From Burkholderiales bacterium (GTDB lineage: Bacteria > Pseudomonadota > Gammaproteobacteria > Burkholderiales > WYBJ01), in the NCBI GenBank assembly GCA_020848435.1, contig JADLAC010000043.1, forward strand, positions 670 to 64,669: a stretch of 64,000 bases of DNA. The letters run 5' to 3'. Positions 45,932 to 54,873 of the stretch are shown piece by piece. Position 1 is the first letter of the stretch, and each line of letters begins with the position of its first letter. A program made the translations under genes and the position numbers. The notes under the pieces were generated by a model. It did not search any database and had not been told where the DNA came from. It saw nothing but the letters and a program-made list of their open reading frames with translations.

Positions 45932-47008
45932 GTGGCGACGGCGTTCGGCGTCATCGATACCGGCCTGCGCGAGGGCCGGGCCAATATCGCCTTCGACGCC
46001 GCGCTGATCGAGGCGCGGCGCACCGGCGTGATCGGGGACACCATCCGCTTCCTCAGCTTCGCGCCGAGTGCCCTGGTCGGCAGGCACCAGGCCATCGGGC
46101 GCGAGATCAAGCTCGACTATTGCCGCGCGCACGGCATCGGGCTGGCGCGTCGCATCACCGGCGGCGGCGCGATCTACTTCGATCCGGGCCAGCTCGGCTG
46201 GGAGCTGGTGTTCGAGCGCAAGAGCCTGGGCCTCGACTCGCTGGCCGAGACCACGGCGGCGATTTGTTCGGCAGCGGCGAAAGGGCTGCAACGCCTGGGT
46301 GTCGCCGCGGCGTTTCGGCCGCGCAACGACATCGAGGTCGAGGGTCGCAAGCTCTGCGGCAGCGGCGGGTTCGTCGACGCTGACGTGGTGTTCTTCCAGG
46401 GCACGCTGCTGATCGAGTGCGACCTGGCTGCGGTGGTGCGTGCGCTCAACGTGCCGCAGCCCAAGCTCGCCAAGCGCGGTCTCGAAACGGCAGCGCAGCG
46501 CATGGTGACCTTGCACGAACTGCTCGGCGTCCGCCTGCCGAGCCCGGATCGGATCAAGGCGGCATTGCTGGCGGGCTTCAGCGAAGGGCTCGACCTCGAT
46601 GCCCAGTGGCGCCGCGTGAGCGAAACCGAGGAAGCGATCGCGCAGCGCCTGCTGGAAGAGGAGATCGGCACCGACGCTTTCGTGTTCGACATCGACGATC
46701 CGGCGGCCGACGGCGCGGCCGCGGCAGGCACCCGCACGACCCCCGGCGGCACCATCACCGCGTACCTGAAGCTCGAAACCGCGGGGACGCCGCGGGTCGG
46801 CGAAGCGCTTGTGACCGGCGACTTCTTCGCCGCCCCTCCGCGCCTCGTTCTGGACCTTGAAGCCGCGCTACGGGGAGCTCCGGTGCAGGATATCGGCGCG
46901 GCCGTGGAGCGGTTCTTTGCCGGGCGGCACGTGGAGGTGCTGTCGGTGACGCCGGCGGATTTTCGCGCGGCCTTGGAGCAAGCCGCCGACGCAGCCGGGC
47001 AGCGTTGA
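45932..47008 (+). CDS. Lipoate-protein ligase, sLpl(AB)-type (358 aa)
   Basis: The start is GTG 45932: (V)ATAFGVIDTGLREGRANIAFDAALIEARRTGVIGDTIRFLSFAPSALVGRHQAIGREIKLDYCRAHGIGLARRITGGGAIYFDPGQLGWELVF. This is the LplA/LipB/BPL catalytic-fold pattern, including RR.TGGGA.Y.D. Confidence 0.8.
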   Translation: MATAFGVIDTGLREGRANIAFDAALIEARRTGVIGDTIRFLSFAPSALVGRHQAIGREIKLDYCRAHGIGLARRITGGGAIYFDPGQLGWELVFERKSLGLDSLAETTAAICSAAAKGLQRLGVAAAFRPRNDIEVEGRKLCGSGGFVDADVVFFQGTLLIECDLAAVVRALNVPQPKLAKRGLETAAQRMVTLHELLGVRLPSPDRIKAALLAGFSEGLDLDAQWRRVSETEEAIAQRLLEEEIGTDAFVFDIDDPAADGAAAAGTRTTPGGTITAYLKLETAGTPRVGEALVTGDFFAAPPRLVLDLEAALRGAPVQDIGAAVERFFAGRHVEVLSVTPADFRAALEQAADAAGQR

Positions 47009-47014
47009 ATCGCC

Positions 47015-47740
47015 ATGGCGCCCGCACGCCCGAGCTTCTATGTTTTCCAGCCGACCGATGCCGAATACCTCGGCCTCATCGAGGACCACCTGGAAGGCCG
47101 CGGCATCGGCTTCACCTACCTGCGCCCGCACGTCGCCGGCGCGAGGCTGCCGCAGAACACGCGCGCGGCCTGCGGGCTGATACTGCTCGGCGGGGGTCCC
47201 TACGGCGCTCTGGGTCCCCCGCAACTGCCCGGGCGCGATGTCGCCGTGCGGCTTGCGCGCGATGCGTTCGAGCGCGGCAAACCGGTGATCGGCATCGGTC
47301 TCGGCGCACAGCTCCTCGCCATCGCGGCCGGGGGCAGCGCGGAATCGGCGCCTTTGCGGTTCACGGTCGGACGCGCGACCCGCACCGACGATACTGCCCT
47401 GAACGGCCTGCTGCCGCCCGACTATCCCCTGGTGGTGTACATGCGCGATCGGCCGCAGCCGCCGAGCTATGCGCGGATACTGGCGCGCGACGAGGCGGGC
47501 GAGAGCGCGCTGTTCCAGGTCGGCCCCCATGGCCTTGGCTTCAGCGGGCATCCCGGCATCAAGTCCGCCATGGTCGAGGATCTCATCATGGAATTCGACG
47601 ACGCCCCCGCGGATACGGCTACAGGGCTCGCCAAGTTGCGCGGCCTCCAGTCACAAATCGAAGATGCCCTTGTCGGCATCATGGCCGGCGTGCTCGCCAG
47701 CGCCGGGATCGCGGCGCCGGAGGTGACGCGGGACGCTTAA
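47015..47740 (+). CDS. Class I glutamine-amidotransferase-like protein lacking the nucleophile Cys (241 aa)
   Basis: KPVIGIGLGAQLLA replaces the canonical G-I-C-L-G-H-Q-L-L elbow (Cys to Gly). GFSGHPG replaces Q-F-H-P-E (Glu to Gly). The fold-typical spacing is retained. Confidence 0.7.
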   Translation: MAPARPSFYVFQPTDAEYLGLIEDHLEGRGIGFTYLRPHVAGARLPQNTRAACGLILLGGGPYGALGPPQLPGRDVAVRLARDAFERGKPVIGIGLGAQLLAIAAGGSAESAPLRFTVGRATRTDDTALNGLLPPDYPLVVYMRDRPQPPSYARILARDEAGESALFQVGPHGLGFSGHPGIKSAMVEDLIMEFDDAPADTATGLAKLRGLQSQIEDALVGIMAGVLASAGIAAPEVTRDA

Positions 47741-47800
47741 ACATATTCGATTTGCGTTATATGATCAGGCCGGGTATCGTTGCCGCGAAGGATGCCGACA

Positions 47801-48178
47801 ATGAGCAAGAAGCTGGTAATCGTGATGGTGAACACCGATACGCGTAACGGCGAGGAGCTCGGCGCGCCGCTGTTCCAGGCGAGCGTCGCGGCCGCGATGG
47901 ATTACGAGGTCGAAGTGATCTGCACGGCGACCGCCGGGCGGCTCATGAACAAGGGCGTCGCCGAAAACCTGGTGGTGAAACCGGGCTCGCCCAAGACCGT
48001 GTACGATTTCATCAAGGACGCCCACGAGGCCGGGGTGAAGTTCTACGCCTGTTCGCCCAACCTGGAGCTGTTCGGCGTGACCGAGGCGGACCTCATCCCG
48101 GAATGCGCGGGTGTCGTCGGCGGCGCCTACCTGATCGAGCAGGTGATGGAAGGCGACTGCAAGGTCCTAAGCTACTGA
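47801..48178 (+). CDS. dsrE: DsrE/DsrF-family sulfur-relay protein (125 aa)
   Basis: MSKKLVIVMVNTDTRNGEELGAPLFQASVAAAMDYEVEVICTATAG...VKFYACSPNLELFG contains the conserved active-site Cys context. It lies directly upstream of shdrC1. The subtype (DsrE3 and so on) cannot be resolved by eye. Confidence 0.8.
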   Translation: MSKKLVIVMVNTDTRNGEELGAPLFQASVAAAMDYEVEVICTATAGRLMNKGVAENLVVKPGSPKTVYDFIKDAHEAGVKFYACSPNLELFGVTEADLIPECAGVVGGAYLIEQVMEGDCKVLSY

Positions 48179-48186
48179 GCACCGCC

Positions 48187-48933
48187 ATGCACGCCACGGC
48201 CAGCCGCAAGCAGCAGCACATCGGCGATCCGCTGTCGCCGCAGCCGGTGCTCGATCGGGCGCGGCTCGAAGCGATTTTCAACGACATCCAGGCCGACGCC
48301 CGCTACGACCACGAGCTGAACGGGTGCTTGAACTGCGGCATCTGCACCGCGACCTGCCCGGCGGCGCAGTACTACGATTTCAGCCCGCGCGAAATCGTCC
48401 AGCTCCTGTGGACCGAGAACCTGGAGGGCATCTACGACGCGATGCAGGAAAAGATCTGGGCCTGCGCCCAGTGCTATACCTGCGCCGCGCGCTGCCCCTT
48501 CCGCAATTCGCCCGGCAGCCTCATCATGATCATGCGCGAGGTGGCGATCAAGCACGGGCTGCAATCGGCGAAAGACGTGCTGCGGCCGTTCTCGCGCGTG
48601 ATGCTGAAGCTGATCTCGACCGGCAACCAGCTCTCGCCCGACATGATCACCGCCGATCACTTCGCCGACTGGGGGCCGAACATCTCCAAGATCGATGCGC
48701 CGCTCAAGCTGTTGCGCCAGGCGATCCCCATGCCCACGCTCAACACCATGCAGACGGCTTGGGAGGTCAACCTCAAGACCTCGATCGAGCTCTATACCAT
48801 ATGGGAGATGACCGGCGTGCTGAAGCAGCTCGAGATCATCGACGAAAACCTGTTCGACGTGATCACCGACATCATGGACGAGAAGCGCGAGGACTACGAG
48901 GACTGGCGCGAGTCGCAAGACGGCAACGAGTGA
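48187..48933 (+). CDS. shdrC1: Heterodisulfide-reductase-like subunit C1 (two 4Fe-4S ferredoxin motifs)
   Basis: CLNCGICTATCP and CAQCYTCAARCP motifs are present. The position and size (248 aa) fit sHdrC1. Confidence 0.85.
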   Translation: MHATASRKQQHIGDPLSPQPVLDRARLEAIFNDIQADARYDHELNGCLNCGICTATCPAAQYYDFSPREIVQLLWTENLEGIYDAMQEKIWACAQCYTCAARCPFRNSPGSLIMIMREVAIKHGLQSAKDVLRPFSRVMLKLISTGNQLSPDMITADHFADWGPNISKIDAPLKLLRQAIPMPTLNTMQTAWEVNLKTSIELYTIWEMTGVLKQLEIIDENLFDVITDIMDEKREDYEDWRESQDGNE

Positions 48934-48961
48934 CGGCGCTGGACGCCGGCGGAGGCATGGC

Positions 48962-50305
48962 ATGAACGACATCGAGGGCACTCGTTTCACCGGTCACGGA
49001 CCGGAGTGGAAGGACGCGAAGCTCAGCGCGCGGGATGCGCGGGCCGCGACCGCCTGGGTGGAGGCGAAAGTCGACCGCGCGGCCTTGACCGGCAAGGATC
49101 GCGTCGAGGACGTGCGCGATCGCATGCGCGAGCTGGAGCGCGACGGCGAAATCGTCGTGCACCGCATCCGCGACGAGCACGCACCGGTCGAGGCCAAGAC
49201 GCTCTACGGCTGGACCAAGCGCATCCCCACGGCGCAGCTCTGGCATCACAAGTCCTGCGGCCAGTGCGGCAACATTCCGGGCTACCCGACCTCGCTGCTG
49301 TGGCTCATGAACCAGCTCGGCACGGTCTACCTGGACGAGACCGACCAGACCTCGTGCACCGCCTGGAACTACCACGGCTCGGGCATCGGCAACCTGGAGA
49401 GTCTCGCCTGCGTCTTCCTGCGCAACTTCCACCAGGCTTATGTCTCGGCGCGCGCGCAAGGGCTGCCCGATGGCTACTATTTCCCGCTGGTTCACTGCGG
49501 CACCTCCTTCGGCAATTACAAGGAAGTGCGCGCCTACCTGCTGCGCTCGGCGGAGCTGCGCGAGAAAGTGAAGAAGGTGCTGGCGAAGCTCGGCCGGCTG
49601 GTCGACGGCAAGCTGCTCATTCCCGAGGAGGTGGTGCATTACTCGGAGTGGCTGCACGTCATGCGCAGCCGTATCCGCGCGATCCAGACCATCGATGTCG
49701 GCAAGCTGCGTGCCGTCATCCACCCGGCATGCCACGTCTACAAGATGGTCCCCGAGGACGCGATCTACGACGATGAAGTGCTCGACGGCAACCGGGTCGC
49801 GGTGTCCACCGGCCTCGTCCAGGCGCTCGGCGCGCAGGTGATCGATTATTCAACCTGGTACGACTGCTGCGGCTTCGGCTTCCGCCACATCATCTCCGAG
49901 CGCGAATTCACCCGCTCGTTCGCCATGGACCGCAAGGTCAAGGTCGCGGTCGAGGAAGCGCACGCCGACGTGATGATCGGTCACGATACCGGTTGCATAA
50001 CCACGCTCGACAAGAACCAGTGGATCGGCAAAGCGGCCGGCAAGCACGCCGAGATCCCGATCGTCGCCGATTGCCAGTTCGCCGCGCTCGCCTGCGGGGC
50101 GCACCCGTACAAGATCGCGCAGCTGCACTGGCACGCCTCGCCGGTCGAGAAACTGCTCGCGCAGATGGGCATCGACTGGCAGCGGGCCAAGGCCGAATTC
50201 GAGAGCTATCTCGAAGCAGTGCGCAATGGCCGTGGCGAGCATCTGTACGACCCGCGCCGCGCCATTACCTCCGGGCCGGGCGCGCGCAAACCCGTGATGG
50301 CGTAA
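48962..50305 (+). CDS. shdrB1: Heterodisulfide-reductase-like subunit B1 (CCG domain)
   Basis: The ATG follows GGAGG. Motifs: HHKSCGQCGNIPGY, TSCTAWNYHGSG, HPACHVYK and YDCCGFGFRH (CCG motif). The protein is 447 aa. Confidence 0.85.
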   Translation: MNDIEGTRFTGHGPEWKDAKLSARDARAATAWVEAKVDRAALTGKDRVEDVRDRMRELERDGEIVVHRIRDEHAPVEAKTLYGWTKRIPTAQLWHHKSCGQCGNIPGYPTSLLWLMNQLGTVYLDETDQTSCTAWNYHGSGIGNLESLACVFLRNFHQAYVSARAQGLPDGYYFPLVHCGTSFGNYKEVRAYLLRSAELREKVKKVLAKLGRLVDGKLLIPEEVVHYSEWLHVMRSRIRAIQTIDVGKLRAVIHPACHVYKMVPEDAIYDDEVLDGNRVAVSTGLVQALGAQVIDYSTWYDCCGFGFRHIISEREFTRSFAMDRKVKVAVEEAHADVMIGHDTGCITTLDKNQWIGKAAGKHAEIPIVADCQFAALACGAHPYKIAQLHWHASPVEKLLAQMGIDWQRAKAEFESYLEAVRNGRGEHLYDPRRAITSGPGARKPVMA

Positions 50306-50310
50306 CGACC

Positions 50311-51354
50311 ATGACCATACTCGTAGTGGGTGCCGGCCCGGCCGGGTTGGCGGCGGCGTATGCCCTGGCCCGGGTCGGCCAGCCGGTAACGCTGGTGGAC
50401 AAGGCGCAGCGCCTGGGCGGCGCGCCGATTCTTTCCGGCTATGCGAAGCTGATTCCCTCGGGCGAATGGGCGCGCGATGCGATCGGCGGCATGGTGCGCC
50501 GGGTCGAAGAGGCGGCCCTCGTGAGCGTGGAAACGAACACCACGGTGAGTGCATTCGACGGAGAGGCGGGCAAGTTCACCGCCCGTTTGAGCAACGGCAA
50601 GAGCGTGCCATGCGCTGCCGCCATCCTGTGCACGGGCTTCACCCACTTCGATTCGGTGAACAAGCCCGAATGGGGCTTCGGCACCTATCCCGATGTCGTG
50701 ACCACGACCCAGGTGGAGCAGATGATCTCCTCTGGCCAGGGCGTACGCTGCCCCTCGGACGGCCGCAAGCCCGAGCGCGTCGCCATCCTGCTGTGCGTCG
50801 GCTCGCGCGACCGGCAGATCGGCCGCGAATGGTGCTCGAAGGTATGCTGCACCGTGTCGGCGAATCTCGCCATGGAGATTCGCGAAGAGCTGCCTCAGTG
50901 CCATGTGTACATCTATTACATGGACATCCGCACCTTCGGCTTGAACGAGGACCTGTACTACTGGCGCAGCCAGGAACAGTTCAAGGTCAAGTACATCAAG
51001 GCACGGATCGCCGAGGTCACTTCCGACGGCCAGCGGCTGGTCGTGAAGGGCGAGGATACGCTGGTTAAGCGCCCCATCACCATACCGTTCGACCTGGTCG
51101 TGCAAGCGATCGGCATGGATCCCAATGTCGACAATCGCGCGCTGGCCGCGGTGTTCGGAGTCGGTCTGCAGCACCACGGCTACGTCGCGCGCGCCAGCGC
51201 GTATGCCGGCATGGCGCTGTCGACACGTCCCGGGGTGTTCGTGGCGGGTGCGGCTACCGGACCGGAGACGATCGACGACTCGATCGCCCAAGGCGAAGCA
51301 GCGGCGATGGCCGCCCTCGGCGTGGTGCGCGCCAGCGCCGCGCTGGCAGCGTGA
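50311..51354 (+). CDS. shdrA: Heterodisulfide-reductase-like flavoprotein subunit A (short sHdrA type, 347 aa)
   Basis: MTILVVGAGPAGLAAAYALARVG is the FAD motif. ILLCVGSRDRQIGREWCSKVCCTVS is the HdrA 4Fe-4S Cys pattern. GVFVAGAATGPETIDDSIAQG lies at the C-terminus. Confidence 0.9.
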   Translation: MTILVVGAGPAGLAAAYALARVGQPVTLVDKAQRLGGAPILSGYAKLIPSGEWARDAIGGMVRRVEEAALVSVETNTTVSAFDGEAGKFTARLSNGKSVPCAAAILCTGFTHFDSVNKPEWGFGTYPDVVTTTQVEQMISSGQGVRCPSDGRKPERVAILLCVGSRDRQIGREWCSKVCCTVSANLAMEIREELPQCHVYIYYMDIRTFGLNEDLYYWRSQEQFKVKYIKARIAEVTSDGQRLVVKGEDTLVKRPITIPFDLVVQAIGMDPNVDNRALAAVFGVGLQHHGYVARASAYAGMALSTRPGVFVAGAATGPETIDDSIAQGEAAAMAALGVVRASAALAA

Positions 51355-51358
51355 TCGC

Positions 51359-52210
51359 ATGCGAGCAGCAAGCGTCGCGGCGCCGGCCTCGGTTGCGCAC
51401 CCCACGCTGCACCTGAGCGGTCCCAAGCTGCGCACTGCGCTCGAGCGCCTGCTCGCCGGCACCGAGGCCGCCGGCGGCATCGAGCGCTGGGTCGGCGGAC
51501 TGAAGCTCAAGGCGGCGGTGTTCGAACGCTCGCTCCACAACTCGCAGCTCGGCGCGCTCGACGAGCATACCTTCCTCGGCGTGTGCGCGCTGATGCCCAC
51601 GGTGCGCCGGCGCATCGCTGCGTGGCTTTCGCGCACGGGCTTCGATGCCGCGCGCAGGCTCTTGCGAGAGCTGCTCGACGAAGCGCGCGACGCAGCGAGC
51701 ACGGATGATCGCATTGCCACCTTCTGCGCCGGGTTTCCGGCCGATCGCGAGCATCGCTACGCGCGCGATCTCGCCGCCGAGCTGCTGCACTGGAGCGCGC
51801 TCGAACGCCATCCTCTCATGACGCGCTGGGTGTGGGACCAGGCGGCGGATAGCGGCGTCCTGCGCGAGATCTGGCACGACGCTGCGGACCCCGCGCTGAA
51901 CCGCATCGCCGATGGCCGCGACACCTTCCTCGTCCTGCGCGCAGAGCTCGCACAATACCTGACCGACAACGGCTTCTTTCGCGACGTACCGCTGTACGTG
52001 GACCTGCTGTGCGCGCAAGTCTATGCGAGCTACATCGCGGAACAAGGCGGGAGCTACTTGCGTGCCGACTTTTCATCCGAGCACGATCCCATGCAGTACG
52101 TCCGCCGCATGTTGGGGCTCGATGGCATCGATATCGACAGCGGCCTGACGCGCTTGAAGCTCGCCGACGGCCGCGCGTATGTGTTGCACCCCGCGGCGCA
52201 CCAGACCTGA
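51359..52210 (+). CDS. shdrH: Conserved hypothetical protein of sHdr clusters (sHdrH position), 283 aa
   Basis: It has no recognisable motifs. The assignment rests on its invariant position between shdrA and shdrC2 and a 4-nt gap to shdrA. Confidence 0.65.
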   Translation: MRAASVAAPASVAHPTLHLSGPKLRTALERLLAGTEAAGGIERWVGGLKLKAAVFERSLHNSQLGALDEHTFLGVCALMPTVRRRIAAWLSRTGFDAARRLLRELLDEARDAASTDDRIATFCAGFPADREHRYARDLAAELLHWSALERHPLMTRWVWDQAADSGVLREIWHDAADPALNRIADGRDTFLVLRAELAQYLTDNGFFRDVPLYVDLLCAQVYASYIAEQGGSYLRADFSSEHDPMQYVRRMLGLDGIDIDSGLTRLKLADGRAYVLHPAAHQT

Positions 52211-52225
52211 TGCGCGACCGAGCCC

Positions 52226-52993
52226 ATGCCGATCCATGAGAAATCGCTGATCCGCCCCGAGAACCTCGTCACGCACGACCAGCTCGTGCTCGACGGGGTC
52301 GACGTGTCGGGGCATTGGAGCACCTTCATCCAGCCGCGCGCGCTCACCGACTACAACGAGCGCCTGCAGGAAGAGATCGCCGCCCTCGACGGCGGCGAGA
52401 ACATCCACCGCTGCTGGCAATGCGGGTCGTGCACCAACGCGTGTACCGTCAACGCGATCAATCCGGATTTCAATCCGCGCTACTGGATCTACCTCATCCG
52501 CTTGGGGATGGAAGCGGAGCTGGTGCGCGACAAGGACATCATCTGGCAGTGCGTGTCGTGCCACAAGTGCACCTACGCCTGCCCGCGCGATGTCGTCCCG
52601 GAAGGCGTGATGAAGGCGACCGCGCACTGGCTCGCGCTCAACGGCCACACGCCGAAGTCGCCCGCCGCGCACTTCGACGAGGTGTTCACGAGCCAGATCG
52701 TCGCCACCGGCCGGATCGAGGAAGGCCGTGTCATACGCCAGTTCTTCGACCGCACCGGCCAGCCGCTCAAGCAGGATTGGCTGCTGGAGATGGCGCGACG
52801 GCTGCTCGCCAAGCTGCCGCTCACGCTGATGATCAAGATGGGGCTTGCCGCAGTGTTCCGCCCGCGCACGCGGCGCTGGGGGAAAGTGCGTGCGGCGCTC
52901 GCGCAACACCTGGCCGAGCACGAGCGCAATGCGCGCTCGGCGGGCACGGCCAGGGCTGCGGCAGGCGCGCCGATGAAAGGCTCGGAGGGCTGA
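52226..52993 (+). CDS. shdrC2: Heterodisulfide-reductase-like subunit C2
   Basis: CWQCGSCTNACT and CVSCHKCTYACP ferredoxin motifs are present. The protein is 255 aa. Confidence 0.85.
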   Translation: MPIHEKSLIRPENLVTHDQLVLDGVDVSGHWSTFIQPRALTDYNERLQEEIAALDGGENIHRCWQCGSCTNACTVNAINPDFNPRYWIYLIRLGMEAELVRDKDIIWQCVSCHKCTYACPRDVVPEGVMKATAHWLALNGHTPKSPAAHFDEVFTSQIVATGRIEEGRVIRQFFDRTGQPLKQDWLLEMARRLLAKLPLTLMIKMGLAAVFRPRTRRWGKVRAALAQHLAEHERNARSAGTARAAAGAPMKGSEG

Positions 52994-53012
52994 CGCCGTT
53001 GACGAGGCAGCA

Positions 53013-53939
53013 ATGACGAACAAATACCGCAAGGTCGCCTATTACCCCGGCTGTGCGCTGGAGGGTAGCGGCCACGCCTACCATCGTTCCACCAAGGCGC
53101 TCGGCAAGGCGCTCGGCCTCGACTTGGTCGAAGTGAAGAACTGGAACTGCTGCGGCGCGATGGAAGCGAAGAATATCGATCCGAAGCTCCAGACCTACCT
53201 GTCGTCGCGCGTCATGAGCATCGCCGCCGGCGAAATGGGCTTCGACACCGTCATGGCGCCGTGCAACGGCTGCTATCACAATCTCAAGAAGGCCGAATAC
53301 GATCTCGCGCACGATCCGGCCAGCGTCGAAGTCGTCGAGAAGCTCGCCCGCAAGGGCGGCCACGAGCCGTATCGCAGCGGCTCGCTCGAGACCATACACG
53401 CGCTCGACTGGATCAAGGAAGCGATTGGCGAGGACGGCATCCGCAGCCGCGTGAAGAAGTCGCTCGCCGGCATCCGGATCGCGAACTACTACGGCTGCCT
53501 GTATACGCGCCCGCGCCACATCTTCCCGGAGAAGGACAAGGGCCCCGGCAGCGAGTCGACCGCGAAGCCGCACTTCATGGACGACATCCTGCGAGCGGCC
53601 GGCGCCGAGATCGTCGAGTTTCCCTTGAAGACAGCCTGCTGTGGCGGCGCGCACACGCTCTCGGATTCGGATACGTCCACCAAGCTGGTGCTCAACATCC
53701 TGGAAGCCGCCGAGATGTGCGGCGCCGACATCATCGCAACCGAGTGCCCGACCTGCCATTCGGGCCTGGAGATGCACCAGGTGCGCGCGGAAAAGAACTT
53801 CGGCCGCAAGACGGCCGTGAAAATGCTCTACTTCACGCAGCTTCTCGGGATCGCGCTCGGCCTGCCCCCGCGCCGACTCGGCGTGCAGGAGAATGTTTCC
53901 GACGCCCGGGCGCTGCTCGAAGCGAAGGGACTGGCATGA
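53013..53939 (+). CDS. shdrB2: Heterodisulfide-reductase-like subunit B2 (two CCG domains)
   Basis: YYPGCALEGSG, NWNCCGAME, APCNGCYHN, YYGCLYTRP, KTACCGGAH and ECPTCHSG together form the classical HdrB double-CCG layout. The protein is 308 aa. Confidence 0.9.
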   Translation: MTNKYRKVAYYPGCALEGSGHAYHRSTKALGKALGLDLVEVKNWNCCGAMEAKNIDPKLQTYLSSRVMSIAAGEMGFDTVMAPCNGCYHNLKKAEYDLAHDPASVEVVEKLARKGGHEPYRSGSLETIHALDWIKEAIGEDGIRSRVKKSLAGIRIANYYGCLYTRPRHIFPEKDKGPGSESTAKPHFMDDILRAAGAEIVEFPLKTACCGGAHTLSDSDTSTKLVLNILEAAEMCGADIIATECPTCHSGLEMHQVRAEKNFGRKTAVKMLYFTQLLGIALGLPPRRLGVQENVSDARALLEAKGLA

Positions 53940-54358
53940 GAACGCTGGCCGAGCTCGAAACCGCCGCCGTGCGCGTTCGCGACGGCGAAGCGGCGCCGGT
54001 GGAACGCTCGGAGGCGTTGCTCGCGCTCGCCGAAGCGACCTTGGAGCACTGGCTGCTCGCGCACGACCTGATGCCGACCGGCGCGAAGCGCGAAGGATTC
54101 CGCTTGCTCGCATTGCATCGCCAGGGCAGTCGGGACGATCCCAGCTTCAACGCCTGCCGCGAAACCTGCCGCGAGATCGTCTACCATCACAATGTCATCG
54201 CCGCCGAGCGCGTCTCGCCCGAGGCGCCCCGGCAGGCGCGATTGATGGCGATGCTGGTGCTGCACCTGATCCTGTTCGTGGGCGGCAAGCTGCAGAACGC
54301 CAAGCTGGGCGAGTTCTGCTGCTCGGCACGCCCGCTGCACGCCGAGACCAACTGCTAG
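53936..54358 (+). CDS. Hypothetical Cys-containing protein (140 aa), translationally coupled to shdrB2
   Basis: The ATG overlaps the shdrB2 stop as ATGA. MRTLAELETAAVRVRDGEAAPVERSEALLALAEATLEHWLL...FNACRETCREIVYHH...EFCCSARPLHAETNC. I recognise no family. Confidence 0.6.
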   Translation: MRTLAELETAAVRVRDGEAAPVERSEALLALAEATLEHWLLAHDLMPTGAKREGFRLLALHRQGSRDDPSFNACRETCREIVYHHNVIAAERVSPEAPRQARLMAMLVLHLILFVGGKLQNAKLGEFCCSARPLHAETNC

Positions 54359-54376
54359 GAACAGCGGAGACGAGCG

Positions 54377-54817
54377 ATGCCTATTGTGCGCGGGTGCAAT
54401 CTGCCCGATGAGCTGCTGTACGATGTCGACAGCCATATCTGGTTCACCGAGCTGCCCGACGGCAACGTACGCCTGGGAATGACGGCGGTCGCGACCGCCT
54501 TGGCGGGACAGGTCGTCGCGGTGACACCGAAGAAAGTCGGCCGCTCGGTCGATGCCGGCAAGTCGTGCGCCACCATCGAAAGCGGGAAATGGGTCGGCCC
54601 GGCGAAGAGCGCGGCTGCCGGCGAGATCGCCGCGGTCAATACCGCGGTCGCGGCGCGGCCGGCGCTCATCAACGACGATCCCTACGGACAAGGCTGGCTG
54701 GTCGAAATCAAGCCGAGCGATTGGCCGAGCGTCAAGGCAACGCTGACGCCGGGCACCGCGGTCGCCGCGAAATACGAGGCCAAGATGCAGGCTGACGGCT
54801 TTCAAGGCTGCAAGTAG
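54377..54817 (+). CDS. lbpA: GcvH-like lipoate-binding protein LbpA
   Basis: MPIVRGCNLPDELLYDVDSHIWFTELPDGNVRLGMT...GKSCATIESGKWVGPAKSAAAGEI...DPYGQGWLVEI shows the GcvH fold pattern, with the lipoyl-Lys in ESGKW. It lies at the end of the shdr genes, and the ATG follows GGAGACG. Confidence 0.85.
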   Translation: MPIVRGCNLPDELLYDVDSHIWFTELPDGNVRLGMTAVATALAGQVVAVTPKKVGRSVDAGKSCATIESGKWVGPAKSAAAGEIAAVNTAVAARPALINDDPYGQGWLVEIKPSDWPSVKATLTPGTAVAAKYEAKMQADGFQGCK

Positions 54818-54860
54818 TCCCGGTATGAGCTAGCGTCACGCTCGCCGTCCGTGCGTCGCA

Positions 54861-54870
54861 TCGATATCGA
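54861..54870. promoter_or_regulatory. Perfect 10-bp palindrome TCGATATCGA ending 3 nt before the ArsR-type regulator ATG
   Basis: Read directly. It occupies the position where a Shine-Dalgarno sequence would be expected. Confidence 0.3.
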
Positions 54871-54873
54871 ACC

